64,000 bases of DNA from an uncultured Thermoleophilia bacterium (lineage in GTDB: Bacteria > Actinomycetota > Thermoleophilia > Gaiellales > Gaiellaceae): positions 100,478-164,477 of the forward strand of contig CAWDWI010000013.1 of the NCBI GenBank assembly GCA_963806025.1, written 5' to 3'. Made by a program: the position numbers and the translations under genes. Positions 9,748 to 18,472 of the stretch are shown in pieces. Numbering within the stretch: position 1 is the stretch's first letter; each line of letters begins with the position of its first letter. Under the pieces are notes generated by a model. It worked only from the letters and a program-made list of their open reading frames with translations, searched no databases and had not been told where the DNA came from.

Positions 9748-10338
9748 GTGCGCACGCCGCCGAGCGATCAGTTGCGCACGGCCTACCGGCGCTCCGGCAC
9801 GCTCACTGCTGATGAGCGGATCGAGCTTTTCCGCCAACGAGTTGGCGAATACCGCGCGGAGGTGCGAAGCGTCTCCGCGCCCGAGTTGGCGATGCTGATC
9901 ACCACGGTCTGCGCGGACAGGGGTGCGACGAGGCTGGTCGTTCCCGACGGAATCCCTTCTTGGTGGCACCCGGGCGGCGTCGAGCTCGTGGCCGATCACG
10001 GGCTGTCGGCGCGTCAGCTCGACATGGTCGACGGCGCGCTCACCGGGTGCACCGTCGCGATCGCGGAGACGGGGACGATCGTCCTCGCTGCCGGCGAAAC
10101 CGAGGGCCGCCGCGCGCTCTCACTCGTCCCCGACCTTCACATCTGCGTGGTCTACGAACAACAGATCGTGGAACTTCTGCCGGAAGCACTGGCCCGGCTT
10201 GCCCACGATGGGCTCGAGCAGCGTCCGCTCACCTTCATCTCCGGCCCGTCGGCCACATCGGACATCGAACTGAGCCGTGTCGAGGGCGTGCACGGTCCCC
10301 GGGATCTCGTCGTCCTCGTCGTGAAGGAGTCGTCATGA
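9748..10338 (+). CDS. lutC: L-lactate utilization protein LutC (LUD domain); the N-terminus is probably displaced into another frame (see finding)
   Basis: GCTVAIAETGTIVL, LSLVPDLHICVV and ISGPSATSDIELSRVEGVHGP are LutC/YkgG-like. An LutC-like N-terminus (VSQARKQILERIAAA) starts at GTG 9699 in a different frame. ATGA overlap with rhaM. Confidence 0.75.
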   Translation: MRTPPSDQLRTAYRRSGTLTADERIELFRQRVGEYRAEVRSVSAPELAMLITTVCADRGATRLVVPDGIPSWWHPGGVELVADHGLSARQLDMVDGALTGCTVAIAETGTIVLAAGETEGRRALSLVPDLHICVVYEQQIVELLPEALARLAHDGLEQRPLTFISGPSATSDIELSRVEGVHGPRDLVVLVVKESS

Positions 10339-10646
10339 CCCAGCGCACCGCGTTCGTTCTCAGCGTCCGGCCCGAGAAGATCGAGCAGTACATCCAGGCC
10401 CACAAGGAAGTGTGGCCCGAGATGCTCCAAGCGCTCCAGGACGCGGGAATCCGCAACTACACGATCTTCCGGCACGGCACCGAGATGTTCGGCTATTTCG
10501 AGGCGGACGATCTCGACGCCGCGGCGAACCACCTCGCGCGGCAAGAGGTCTCGACGCGCTGGCAGGACGCCATGGCGGAGCTCCTCGACCAGCGTGTCCC
10601 GGACGGAGGACCGCCGGCGCTCGAGGAGGTGTTCCGGCTCGATTGA
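10335..10646 (+). CDS. rhaM: L-rhamnose mutarotase
   Basis: 103 aa: MTQRTAFVLSVRPEKIEQYIQAHKEVWPEMLQALQDAGIRNYTIF...GYFE. This matches the RhaM/YiiL pattern and length. Confidence 0.85.
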   Translation: MTQRTAFVLSVRPEKIEQYIQAHKEVWPEMLQALQDAGIRNYTIFRHGTEMFGYFEADDLDAAANHLARQEVSTRWQDAMAELLDQRVPDGGPPALEEVFRLD

Positions 10647-10747
10647 GAGCGGAAGCCGCCCCTCGCAGGGGTCGGCCGACGGCAGGCGAACGAGTCCACA
10701 CAGCTTCCCCTCAGGGAAGTCCCCGTTCGGCCGATAGAGAGAGAACA

Positions 10748-11383
10748 ATGTTGAAAGTCGTCATCGCGGATGATCACCGCCTGATCCTGGCCGGGATCAA
10801 ACGCGCCCTGGAGGACGACGGCGAGTTCGAGGTGGTCGGCGAGGCGAGCACGGGCGAGAAGGTCCTTCCGCTCGTCGCGCAGACGAGCCCCGACCTGGTC
10901 GTGCTCGACCTGCGCATGCCCGGGATGGACGGCCTCATCTGCCTCGACCAGATCAAGAAGCGCCATCCTTCGATCAAGGTGGTCGTGCTGTCGGTCTCGA
11001 CCGACGAGAAGCTGATCGAGAACGTCCTCAAACGCGGCGCGAGCGCCTACATCGTGAAGAGCGTCAACCCGGTCGATCTGCCGGGAGCTCTACGCCAGGC
11101 CGTCGAGGGGAACGTCTTCAGCACCATCGGGCTCCCCGACGCGACGACCGCCGGCGCAGCGAAGGCGGCCGGGCTCACCGACCGCGAGGCCGTCATCCTC
11201 GGAGCGCTCGCGCGAGGTCTCTCCAACGAGCAGATCGCGAAGGAGCTCTGGGTCGCGGAGCAGACGGTGAAGTTCCACCTGACGAACGTCTACCGCAAGC
11301 TCGGAGTCTCCAACCGGACCGAGGCCGCCCGCTACGCCTACCAACAGGGCCTCGTCGACAGCCCGCTCTACGAGCACGAATAG
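10748..11383 (+). CDS. Two-component response regulator, NarL/FixJ (LuxR HTH) family
   Basis: Receiver domain (VVIADDH, DLVVLDLRMPGMDG, VVVLS) plus a LuxR HTH (LTDREAVILGALARGLSNEQIAKELWVAEQTVKFHLTNVYRKLGV). ATG at 10748 follows a purine-rich stretch (agagagagaac). No cognate kinase is adjacent. Confidence 0.85.
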   Translation: MLKVVIADDHRLILAGIKRALEDDGEFEVVGEASTGEKVLPLVAQTSPDLVVLDLRMPGMDGLICLDQIKKRHPSIKVVVLSVSTDEKLIENVLKRGASAYIVKSVNPVDLPGALRQAVEGNVFSTIGLPDATTAGAAKAAGLTDREAVILGALARGLSNEQIAKELWVAEQTVKFHLTNVYRKLGVSNRTEAARYAYQQGLVDSPLYEHE

Positions 11384-11400
11384 CGCGCTCGGCGCCCCCG

Positions 11401-11598
11401 CTACAGAAGCTCGACGCGAACCAGGCGGCCCTGCGCACGCTGAGCCGCTTCCCAGGCTCGAACCCGGAGATAGATCGCCATCCGCATCGCCTCGAGGTTG
11501 TACGACCCGAGCAGGGACACCTCGATCGTGTCGTCGCCGGCGGCAGCCACGACGAGATCGGTCCGTGACTGGAGATCGGCGATCAGGACGTCTCTCAT
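11401..11598 (-). CDS. Small hypothetical protein (about 65 aa)
   Basis: MRDVLIADLQSRTDLVVAAAGDDTIEVSLLGSYNLEAMRMAIYLRVRAWEAAQ... looks protein-like. The start was chosen 8 nt after the stop of the upstream small ORF. The track ORF extends to 11712. Confidence 0.35.
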   Translation of the reverse strand: MRDVLIADLQSRTDLVVAAAGDDTIEVSLLGSYNLEAMRMAIYLRVRAWEAAQRAQGRLVRVELL

Positions 11599-11605
11599 CC
11601 CCGGG

Positions 11606-11863
11606 TCACTCAGCCGGAGAGTCGTCACGGTCCCCTTCACCGACGCGAGTGCGCTTGCCGAACTGGAGGCGCGCGCAGGTCGGGCAGTAGAACGCGAGCG
11701 CCGGAGACTCATCGGTTCCCGGTTCGTCGATCCGGTAGGCGCGCCATCCGTGCCAGCAGAGGCCGCTCGAGGCTTCGCACTCGACGCATTGGACGGTCGT
11801 GGCCTTGTGATTGTGACGATCCCGGCTGCTCGCGTTCACTTGTCTCCCTCCCTGTTCCGTCAC
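11606..11863 (-). CDS. Small zinc-ribbon-like hypothetical protein
   Basis: Two CxxC pairs: QCVECEASSGLCWHGWRAYRIDEPGTDESPALAFYCPTCARLQF. No recognised family. Confidence 0.4.
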   Translation of the reverse strand: MTEQGGRQVNASSRDRHNHKATTVQCVECEASSGLCWHGWRAYRIDEPGTDESPALAFYCPTCARLQFGKRTRVGEGDRDDSPAE

Positions 11864-11941
11864 CTTGAAACGGCGAGCAGGTTCGAGCCACCTACGTTCG
11901 AGTTGACTCGTTGCGACCTACGGCGTGCCCCGAACGAGGGA

Positions 11942-12211
11942 TTACGCCGCGCGTGCGTCGCGCCGGGGGACCGCGAGGATTCCCGCCAGCTCGGCGAGGT
12001 GCGAATCGCCGGCTGCCAACCGCTGGAGCTCGCGGGCCTCGCTTCGCCTCAGAGCGACGACGCGTGTGCTGTTGAGCGCCCAGTCGAGCACGAGCGCGAG
12101 ATCGCGAAGTCTCGATGAGCCCCCTGCTTCGGCGTGCGCGAGCCTCTGCGCACGTTCGACCTGTGCGCGGGGAACTACGACGAGCTGACCTCGAATCTCA
12201 AGCCTGACCAT
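11942..12211 (-). CDS. Small hypothetical protein (89 aa)
   Basis: The ORF overlaps the upstream small ORF by 14 nt, suggesting translational coupling. No motif recognised. Confidence 0.3.
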   Translation of the reverse strand: MVRLEIRGQLVVVPRAQVERAQRLAHAEAGGSSRLRDLALVLDWALNSTRVVALRRSEARELQRLAAGDSHLAELAGILAVPRRDARAA

Positions 12212-12389
12212 TGCCGCGCGAAGGACTGTACGTCGGGCGCCGGACGACCCTACCGCCGGTCACCGTCCTCACGTCCACGCGCGCCGTGACCGCCTGCTCC
12301 GGGCGAGCCGGAGGCTCGTGCTGGATGCAGAACTCGCCCATCGTCAGCACTCTGCAGCCCTGCCGGCTGCACTGGTGAACCAGTGACAT
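12198..12389 (-). CDS. Small Cys/His-containing hypothetical protein
   Basis: MSLVHQCSRQGCRVLTMGEFCIQHEPP has C-x4-C-x8-C-x2-H spacing. ATG at 12389 was chosen over the track start at 12422. Confidence 0.35.
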   Translation of the reverse strand: MSLVHQCSRQGCRVLTMGEFCIQHEPPARPEQAVTARVDVRTVTGGRVVRRPTYSPSRGNGQA

Positions 12390-12623
12390 CTCGAGGCCCT
12401 CCCAGCCGCTTCCTGCGAGCATCTCACGGCGGCGAGGCGGATGGATGCGCGCGGGCGCCGAAAAATACGCAATTTGCGGGTCGCTGCTCGTGCCGCTCCG
12501 ACCGGCACGTGCTCCGTCTCAGCCCGAAAGAGGGATACTCGTCAGGCGGCGCGCGGCTGCGGACTGTGCGGCAACTATCCCCTTCCGCGCGCCGCAGCTA
12601 CCTTCGCCGTGACGGCCCGTCCA

Positions 12624-12629
12624 CATAAT
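12624..12629 (+). promoter_or_regulatory. Candidate -10 hexamer CATAAT placed for a leaderless transcript of the DUF6328 gene
   Basis: cataat ends 6 nt before the ATG at 12636 and there is no Shine-Dalgarno sequence. Leaderless mRNAs with this geometry are common in Actinobacteria. Confidence 0.25.
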
Positions 12630-12635
12630 CCCGGC

Positions 12636-13085
12636 ATGGTCGAAACCGACCGAGACCGCCTCAACCGGGAACTGCTGGAACTGCTGAATGAGCTGCGCGT
12701 CGCGCTTCCCGGCGTGCAGGTGCTCGTCGCGTTTCTCCTGGCTATCCCGTTTGCCCGGGGGTTCGCAACGACGACGAGGTTCGAGCGCAATCTCTACTTC
12801 GGCGCTCTTGCATCGGCGCTCATCGCAACCGTTCTGTTGATGGCGCCGAGCGCATATCACCGCGTGCTCTTTCGCCACCACGACAAGGAACTGCTGATCC
12901 GGCACGCAAATCGGCTCGCGATTGCCGGAATCTTCTCACTCGGCGTCTCGCTCACCATCAATCTGTACTTCGTCTGCCGGTACGTGTTCGGCGGCGGCCC
13001 CGCGGCGATCGCGACCTTGGCGTTCATCGCGCTGATCGCGTTGCTCTGGTTCGGCCTGCCGGTCTGGATCCGTCTCCGAGAGTAG
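12636..13085 (+). CDS. DUF6328-family membrane protein
   Basis: DRLNRELLELLNELRVALPGVQVLVAFLLAIPF..RF, followed by further TM helices. This matches my recollection of the DUF6328 N-terminal signature. Confidence 0.6.
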   Translation: MVETDRDRLNRELLELLNELRVALPGVQVLVAFLLAIPFARGFATTTRFERNLYFGALASALIATVLLMAPSAYHRVLFRHHDKELLIRHANRLAIAGIFSLGVSLTINLYFVCRYVFGGGPAAIATLAFIALIALLWFGLPVWIRLRE

Positions 13086-13101
13086 GCCCGCCGCGAACGG
13101 C

Positions 13102-15312
13102 TCAGCGATGCGTGGTCCGGACGGTGCGCCGAGGCAGCTCGACCACCTTCGGCTGCAGAGCGGGAAGCGCACCGAGGATGAATGCCTCGACGAGCTCGGG
13201 GTCGAACTGAGTCCCAGCCGACGCGCGCAGCTCTTCGATCGCGCGATCGCTGCTTCGCGCAGTCCGGTACGGGCGCTCGGAGGTGATGGCGTCGTACGCG
13301 TCGCAGATCGCGATCATCCGTGCGGCAAGCGGGATCTCCTTGCCCCGGAGGCCGTCGGGATACCCGGTGCCGTCCCATCGCTCGTGCGTCGAACGGACCG
13401 TGAGCGCAACATGCTCGAGACCCTCGGCGGCGGCGATGATCCGCTCGCCGATCAGCGTGTGCTGCTGAACGATCTTCCATTCCTCTTCATCGAGTTGCCC
13501 CGGCTTCTGCAGGATCGTCTCCGGCAGCGCGAGCTTGCCGACGTCGTGGAGCTCCGCTGCCGCACGGACGAGCTTGGCGTCGCTCCCGACGAGCCCGAGC
13601 TCCATGGCCAGCGCGGCCGAGTACCTGGCGACGCCGTTCGTGTGCGCACCAAGCGACTCGTCCCGCTCGACGAGCGCCTGGAGCAGGACGCCGCGACCCT
13701 CTCCTCCGCCGACGCCGAGACCTTTCTCGGTGTACATCCGCCGGTCGGCGACCTGCAGTGCGTCATGCGTGTTCTCGGCCTCCCCTGGAAGCAGCGTGTG
13801 GCCGCTCGAGCAACTGATGGCAAATGCCTCGCCTGACTCGCGCAGGCTTGCCGTCGCCGCCGCACGAACCCAGGGCAGGTTGACACTCGATCCCTTCACA
13901 AAGATGCAGAACTCGTCGCCGCCGAGTCGAAAGACCTCGCCCCGCGAGCCGACCGAGTCGCGGAGCCGTGCGCCGAGCCGCTGCAGCAGCGCATCGCCCG
14001 CACCGTGGCCGAACGTGTCGTTGTAGGCCTTGAAGCCGTCGAGATCGAAGAGGAGCAGGAGCGACGGTTCATCGCCGGTCGTCGCGAAGTACTCGTCGAG
14101 GCGGCGGACGAGCGCGCGGCGGTTCCCGAGACCCGTCAGGGCGTCGCTGAGCGATTCGACACGCGTCAGCTGAAGCAGCACCAGGTACTCCTTGAACGTG
14201 AACATGAGACGCCCGATGACGGCGACGAGGCCGAGCGAAGCCGCGATCAGCGCAACCGTCTGCACCCGATGAAAGTGGTCCCAGAACTCGATCCCGAGGC
14301 AGACCAGCGCCATCGCGACCGGGGCGAGGACGATCGCCATCCCATCGAGCCGGCCGCGCTGTCGCCAGGCCGGGGCCACGAGCGATCCGGCGGCGATCAG
14401 AACGAACCCGGCGGGCCAGCCGAGGTCGAGCCAGCCGCCGTACTCGTAGGTCCCGTGCGCGACCTCGACCAGATAGACGGAGTCGGCCACCGCGAACAGG
14501 ACGAGACCGCTGCCCACTACGAGCCACATCCGGTTCAGCTTCCAGCCCGACAGCCCGAACGCACAGAAAACCAGGGAGAGGAGCAGGGCGTCTCCGGCCG
14601 GGTAGGCGAGGTTGGTCGCGATGGCTGCGAAGCTGCCGGTCGACGTCCGCCACACGGGGCCAAGCACGAGACCCGTGGCGAGCGCGCAAACGGTGAATCC
14701 GGCGATCAGACCGTCCACCCAGACGAAGCCGCGGAAATCGACGACGGACGAACGGACGAGGAGCCCGAGGCCGACGAAGACCGGGACGTAGAAGCCGAGG
14801 TAGCCGAGATCGGCGAACGACGGGAAGGGCTGCGAGGCGAGGTCCTGCAGCGCGACCGTGTAGTAGATGTCTCCGAACGTCCACGCGAAGATTCCGGCCG
14901 CGATCCAGATCCAGGCAGCTCCACCGCCCCCGCGCAGGCCCCGCACCAGACACGTCGCGCCGGCGAGCAGGCCGACGGCGTCATAGACGTAGTTCGTGAA
15001 GATCGAGGACACTTCGGCGTCACCAAAACCGGTGCGCAACTGGACGGCGAGCGCAACGAAGGTTGCGGTCGCTGCGGCCAGGCCGAAGACGCACAGCCGC
15101 CTCGCCCAGAGGGAGTCGGCCTCGGCCTCGTTCGTTGCGAGCCGGGCAACCGAATACGCAGTCACAGCCTCGGTTTCGGCACCGTTCGCCGTGGAACGGC
15201 TCCCCCGGATGGGGTAACCCAGCCGTTGGCCGGCGGTGTCGTTCGGGAGTGCTGGTGCGCAACCGGGCGAGAGCGAGAAAGGGGCCCCGCCGCATCGGGC
15301 CTTGGCTCTCAC
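13102..15312 (-). CDS. Membrane-bound diguanylate cyclase (GGDEF) fused to an HD-GYP phosphodiesterase domain
   Basis: Multi-TM N-terminus. GGDEF domain: GLGNRRAL, LFDLDGFKAYNDTFGHGAGD, RLGGDEFCIF. HD-GYP domain: AAELHDVGKLALP, HHERWDGTGYPDGL, ICDAYDAITSERPYR. The true start may be GTG at 15165, because the first 49 aa look non-protein-like. Confidence 0.85.
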   Translation of the reverse strand: MRAKARCGGAPFSLSPGCAPALPNDTAGQRLGYPIRGSRSTANGAETEAVTAYSVARLATNEAEADSLWARRLCVFGLAAATATFVALAVQLRTGFGDAEVSSIFTNYVYDAVGLLAGATCLVRGLRGGGGAAWIWIAAGIFAWTFGDIYYTVALQDLASQPFPSFADLGYLGFYVPVFVGLGLLVRSSVVDFRGFVWVDGLIAGFTVCALATGLVLGPVWRTSTGSFAAIATNLAYPAGDALLLSLVFCAFGLSGWKLNRMWLVVGSGLVLFAVADSVYLVEVAHGTYEYGGWLDLGWPAGFVLIAAGSLVAPAWRQRGRLDGMAIVLAPVAMALVCLGIEFWDHFHRVQTVALIAASLGLVAVIGRLMFTFKEYLVLLQLTRVESLSDALTGLGNRRALVRRLDEYFATTGDEPSLLLLFDLDGFKAYNDTFGHGAGDALLQRLGARLRDSVGSRGEVFRLGGDEFCIFVKGSSVNLPWVRAAATASLRESGEAFAISCSSGHTLLPGEAENTHDALQVADRRMYTEKGLGVGGGEGRGVLLQALVERDESLGAHTNGVARYSAALAMELGLVGSDAKLVRAAAELHDVGKLALPETILQKPGQLDEEEWKIVQQHTLIGERIIAAAEGLEHVALTVRSTHERWDGTGYPDGLRGKEIPLAARMIAICDAYDAITSERPYRTARSSDRAIEELRASAGTQFDPELVEAFILGALPALQPKVVELPRRTVRTTHR

Positions 15313-15620
15313 CCGGTCGCAGCCGCTTCATCGGCAGATCGGACCCGGCTCTGATCCCCCAAAACGGGGAGGGCGGATCCGGCGGCAACCCCTAGGGTGT
15401 GTTTCGAGCCGGGATCGAGAGCAGGGGGGCCGCAGCCTTCGTTCTCTCCCGGCTCATTTCTTTCTGCGGCCGGCAACGCGTCGGCCGGCGGCCGGCTCCA
15501 GGGGAGAGGGACGGAGCCGAGCCGCCGAACCGCCACGCGGTCTCCGACTCCCCCGGAGACTCTCGGAACATTCGGCGAGCGAGTCGACTGTCCTTGTGAA
15601 GGTGAGGCAGCGTGCGCTTG

Positions 15621-17123
15621 CTAGCGAACGACGAAGGTCCGGCTCACGACAACCCGCTTCCGCGCGGGATTGAACGCCGCCTGGAGGACCAGGCGATACG
15701 CGTAGCGACCGGCCGGAAGATGGCGCTTCGGGAACCGCACGAGCGGTGTCCAGTTGGCCTTCGCGTAGCCGACGGTGCGCATCTTCGCCACCGGAGCCGT
15801 GGGCACGTCGGCGGTGGCGCGCTTCGATCCACTCACCGGCACGACGGTCGCGACGTACCGTGCGTCCTCGGCCGTGCGGACGGCGAAGCCCCACGCGCGT
15901 TGCCTCGCGGCGACCTTCGGAACGGCCAGCCCATGGAAGAAGACCTGCGCGCCGAGAACAGTGCGCGCGTGCTTCCAGACGACTCGCCGACCGACGCAGC
16001 GACCTCCGGTCGAGGCGATCGCGTTCGTCACGGTCGTGAACGACGGCCGCTCAGACCCGTCGGCGCGCAACAGCCCGCTCTGGAATCCCGTCAGTGACGT
16101 CTCGTCGATGAACGGCAGGAAGAACAGATCCTTCAGCGTGTGGTCGCACTCGGCCGAGCGGACAAGCTGGCCGTAGATGGCGGCTTGCTTCGCCTCCGTC
16201 GTGACCGGGACGTTCTCGACGCCGATGTAAGGACTGTCGGGGGCGCTGGACGCGACCCGGACCTGCCACCCGATCTCATCGATCATGATCCCGAGACCGG
16301 TCTCCGTCGTCGGCTGTCCCGTGCCGTTGAACGCGTCCCAGAGCCCCTGCTTCACCCGATCGAGATTGGCGTAGCCCGCCATCGGCCACTCGAGGCCCTT
16401 CTTGAGCGAATCGAGCGACGAGCGCGGGTACGGATGGAACGCGAAAAGATCCATCAGCGGAGCCTTGCGCTTGCTGGCGCGATACGCGACACCGACGTCG
16501 TAGAGAAACCGCAGCGGTGACGTCGAGCGGTTGCTCAGCGCGTGCGCGTCGTCGTTCCCGCGGCCCGAGAGCGCGCCGCCGACGACTGTGATCGTCGGGT
16601 CGACCTTCTTCAACGCGTCGTAGCAGAGAGCGAGCACCCGCTCGTAGTCGTGACCTGCGACCGGTTTTCCGTTGCGGAACTGCGGTTGCCAGAAGCGCGG
16701 CTGGTTCGGCTCGTTCGCGATCACGAACGTCTTGACCGTCGGATAGGTCGTTGCGAGGAGCGCGACGAAGGCGGCGAAGCGCTTCGCCTGCACGAGGCTG
16801 CCGCCGATCGCATTTGCGCGCTCAGGCCGCACCGACAGGATGAGGTTCACGCCGAGCGATGCGGCCTCGGGAATCGTCCTGTCCAGGAACGGCTGCTCCG
16901 TGATCGTCATGGGGTTCGCCGGATCCCACATCACCGTCAAGCGGTCGTTGCCGAGCCCGCTCGCGGCGATACGGGCGTAGAACTCCGCGCCGGAATCGGC
17001 GGCGTACTTACCCGTGTCGTCGGCGACACCGAAGTTGATCGTTCCCGGCGAGGCGGCTGCGCGACCACACACCACGCAGAGAAACGCCAAGGCGACAATC
17101 GTCGCGCAGGTGTGGCGGCCCAT
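15621..17123 (-). CDS. Secreted glycoside-hydrolase-like (clan GH-A TIM barrel) protein
   Basis: Signal peptide MGRHTCATIVALAFLCVVCGRAAA from ATG 17123 (the track ORF is extended to 17435). Candidate acid/base FVIANEPNQ and nucleophile IMIDEIGWQ. Paralogous to 49597-50893. Confidence 0.55.
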   Translation of the reverse strand: MGRHTCATIVALAFLCVVCGRAAASPGTINFGVADDTGKYAADSGAEFYARIAASGLGNDRLTVMWDPANPMTITEQPFLDRTIPEAASLGVNLILSVRPERANAIGGSLVQAKRFAAFVALLATTYPTVKTFVIANEPNQPRFWQPQFRNGKPVAGHDYERVLALCYDALKKVDPTITVVGGALSGRGNDDAHALSNRSTSPLRFLYDVGVAYRASKRKAPLMDLFAFHPYPRSSLDSLKKGLEWPMAGYANLDRVKQGLWDAFNGTGQPTTETGLGIMIDEIGWQVRVASSAPDSPYIGVENVPVTTEAKQAAIYGQLVRSAECDHTLKDLFFLPFIDETSLTGFQSGLLRADGSERPSFTTVTNAIASTGGRCVGRRVVWKHARTVLGAQVFFHGLAVPKVAARQRAWGFAVRTAEDARYVATVVPVSGSKRATADVPTAPVAKMRTVGYAKANWTPLVRFPKRHLPAGRYAYRLVLQAAFNPARKRVVVSRTFVVR

Positions 17124-17245
17124 CGGCGCACCTTTTAGCACACCGCACGGCTGGTTCTGCCCCGATTCCACGCTCCGGCGAGCTCGGCGACCAGACTTTC
17201 CGCCACCGGCAGGAAGGCCAGTGCCGGGCGGGGAAATCACTGTCT

Positions 17246-18439
17246 GTGATCGACGATCAGGAGGACGGCCGGCCCGCGGTCCGCCGTCTCGGCTCCGACC
17301 TTGCCCAGGGCGAGGACCGCGGAGCCTCGACCGGGAACTGGCTCCGGGCGGAGCGTGAGCACCTGGTCGTGCACGACTACGACACGGTCGACCGGGACCT
17401 CGAACGCCTCGGCATGACGATCTCGCGGCTCCCATCGGAGGCCGGAGTCGTCTGGCGCCTCACGCTCCCGCACGGCGAGCGGGTCGAAGCATGGGAGCCG
17501 GGAAACGCGGGGTTGGCTCTGCCCGCCGAGATCCTGCGGCTGGTCTCCGGCGTCGTCGGCGGCAAGGGGCTGATCCCTTCCGCGCCTGTCAGCAGCGACG
17601 GCGGCGCCGCGCGCCTTCGCCAAATGCTCGAGGCGCAACGTCGCGCACTGCTCGTCCACGATCCAGGCGTTCGCCTCGGCTCCTCTCCCGAGAACGTCCG
17701 CCGGCACCGTGTCGCAGCGCGCCGCAGCCGCACCTTCCTCCGCGCGACGCGTGCCTACGTCGACCCGAACTGGCGTCGCAGCCTGGCACAGCCCCTCAGC
17801 CGCCTGAGTGAGACGACCGGACCGGCCCGCGACCTCGACGTCCTGCTCGAGCATCTCGGCGCGGAACTGGAGCGGCTCGACGAGGCGGATCAGCCCGGGG
17901 CTGCCAGCCTGCTGGCAACTCTCGAGCATCGCCGCGACGAGGCCCAGCGGCGGCTGCTGGAAGCGCTGAACGAGGAGTCGTACCAGCAACTGCTTGCGCG
18001 GCTCCATCTCCCTCCCCGCCTTCGGGCAGGCGTGGAGGCGATCCCACTCGAGCGAATCGCGCGGCGCGAGTTTCGCACGCTCACGAAGACGACCAAGCGC
18101 CTTGGGCCTCGCCTGGAGGACAGCCAGCTGCACGAGCTGCGGATCTCGCTCAAGCGCGCGCGCTACGCCGCCGAACTGTCTGCAGCGACCGGAGCCTCGG
18201 CCGACTTGTTCTTCGAGGCTGCGAAGACGCTGCAAGGCCTCCTCGGCGAGCATCAGGACGCCGCCGTCGCCGAGTCGCTTCTTCGTGAAGCTACGGTCGT
18301 CGACAAATCGACGGCCGCAGCGTTCGTCGCGGGCAGGATCGCCGAGCGGCAGCCGGCGCGCATGGCTCGCGCGAAGGATCAGATTCCGGCGGCGTGGCGG
18401 CGGTTGCGGAAGCGCGGCTCGCGCCTGTACCGCGGCTGA
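17246..18439 (+). CDS. CHAD domain-containing protein with a short CYTH-like N-terminus
   Basis: HELRISLKRARYAAEL and LGEHQDAAVAE are typical CHAD helices. The N-terminal HDYDTVDRDLERLGMTISR...WRLTLP resembles the CYTH core. Confidence 0.65.
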   Translation: MIDDQEDGRPAVRRLGSDLAQGEDRGASTGNWLRAEREHLVVHDYDTVDRDLERLGMTISRLPSEAGVVWRLTLPHGERVEAWEPGNAGLALPAEILRLVSGVVGGKGLIPSAPVSSDGGAARLRQMLEAQRRALLVHDPGVRLGSSPENVRRHRVAARRSRTFLRATRAYVDPNWRRSLAQPLSRLSETTGPARDLDVLLEHLGAELERLDEADQPGAASLLATLEHRRDEAQRRLLEALNEESYQQLLARLHLPPRLRAGVEAIPLERIARREFRTLTKTTKRLGPRLEDSQLHELRISLKRARYAAELSAATGASADLFFEAAKTLQGLLGEHQDAAVAESLLREATVVDKSTAAAFVAGRIAERQPARMARAKDQIPAAWRRLRKRGSRLYRG

Positions 18440-18472
18440 TCACGCTGCGCCGGTGGGAGCTACAGTGACCCG

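Noticed and set aside
10655-10721. Two short hairpins after rhaM as an intrinsic terminator
   Set aside because: The stems are only 5-6 bp, with a mismatch or wobble and no T-tract, so they are not convincing.
11864-11941. tRNA-like GGTTCGAGCC motif in a small intergenic gap
   Set aside because: The flanks cannot form a T-arm stem or an acceptor stem. No cloverleaf can be drawn.
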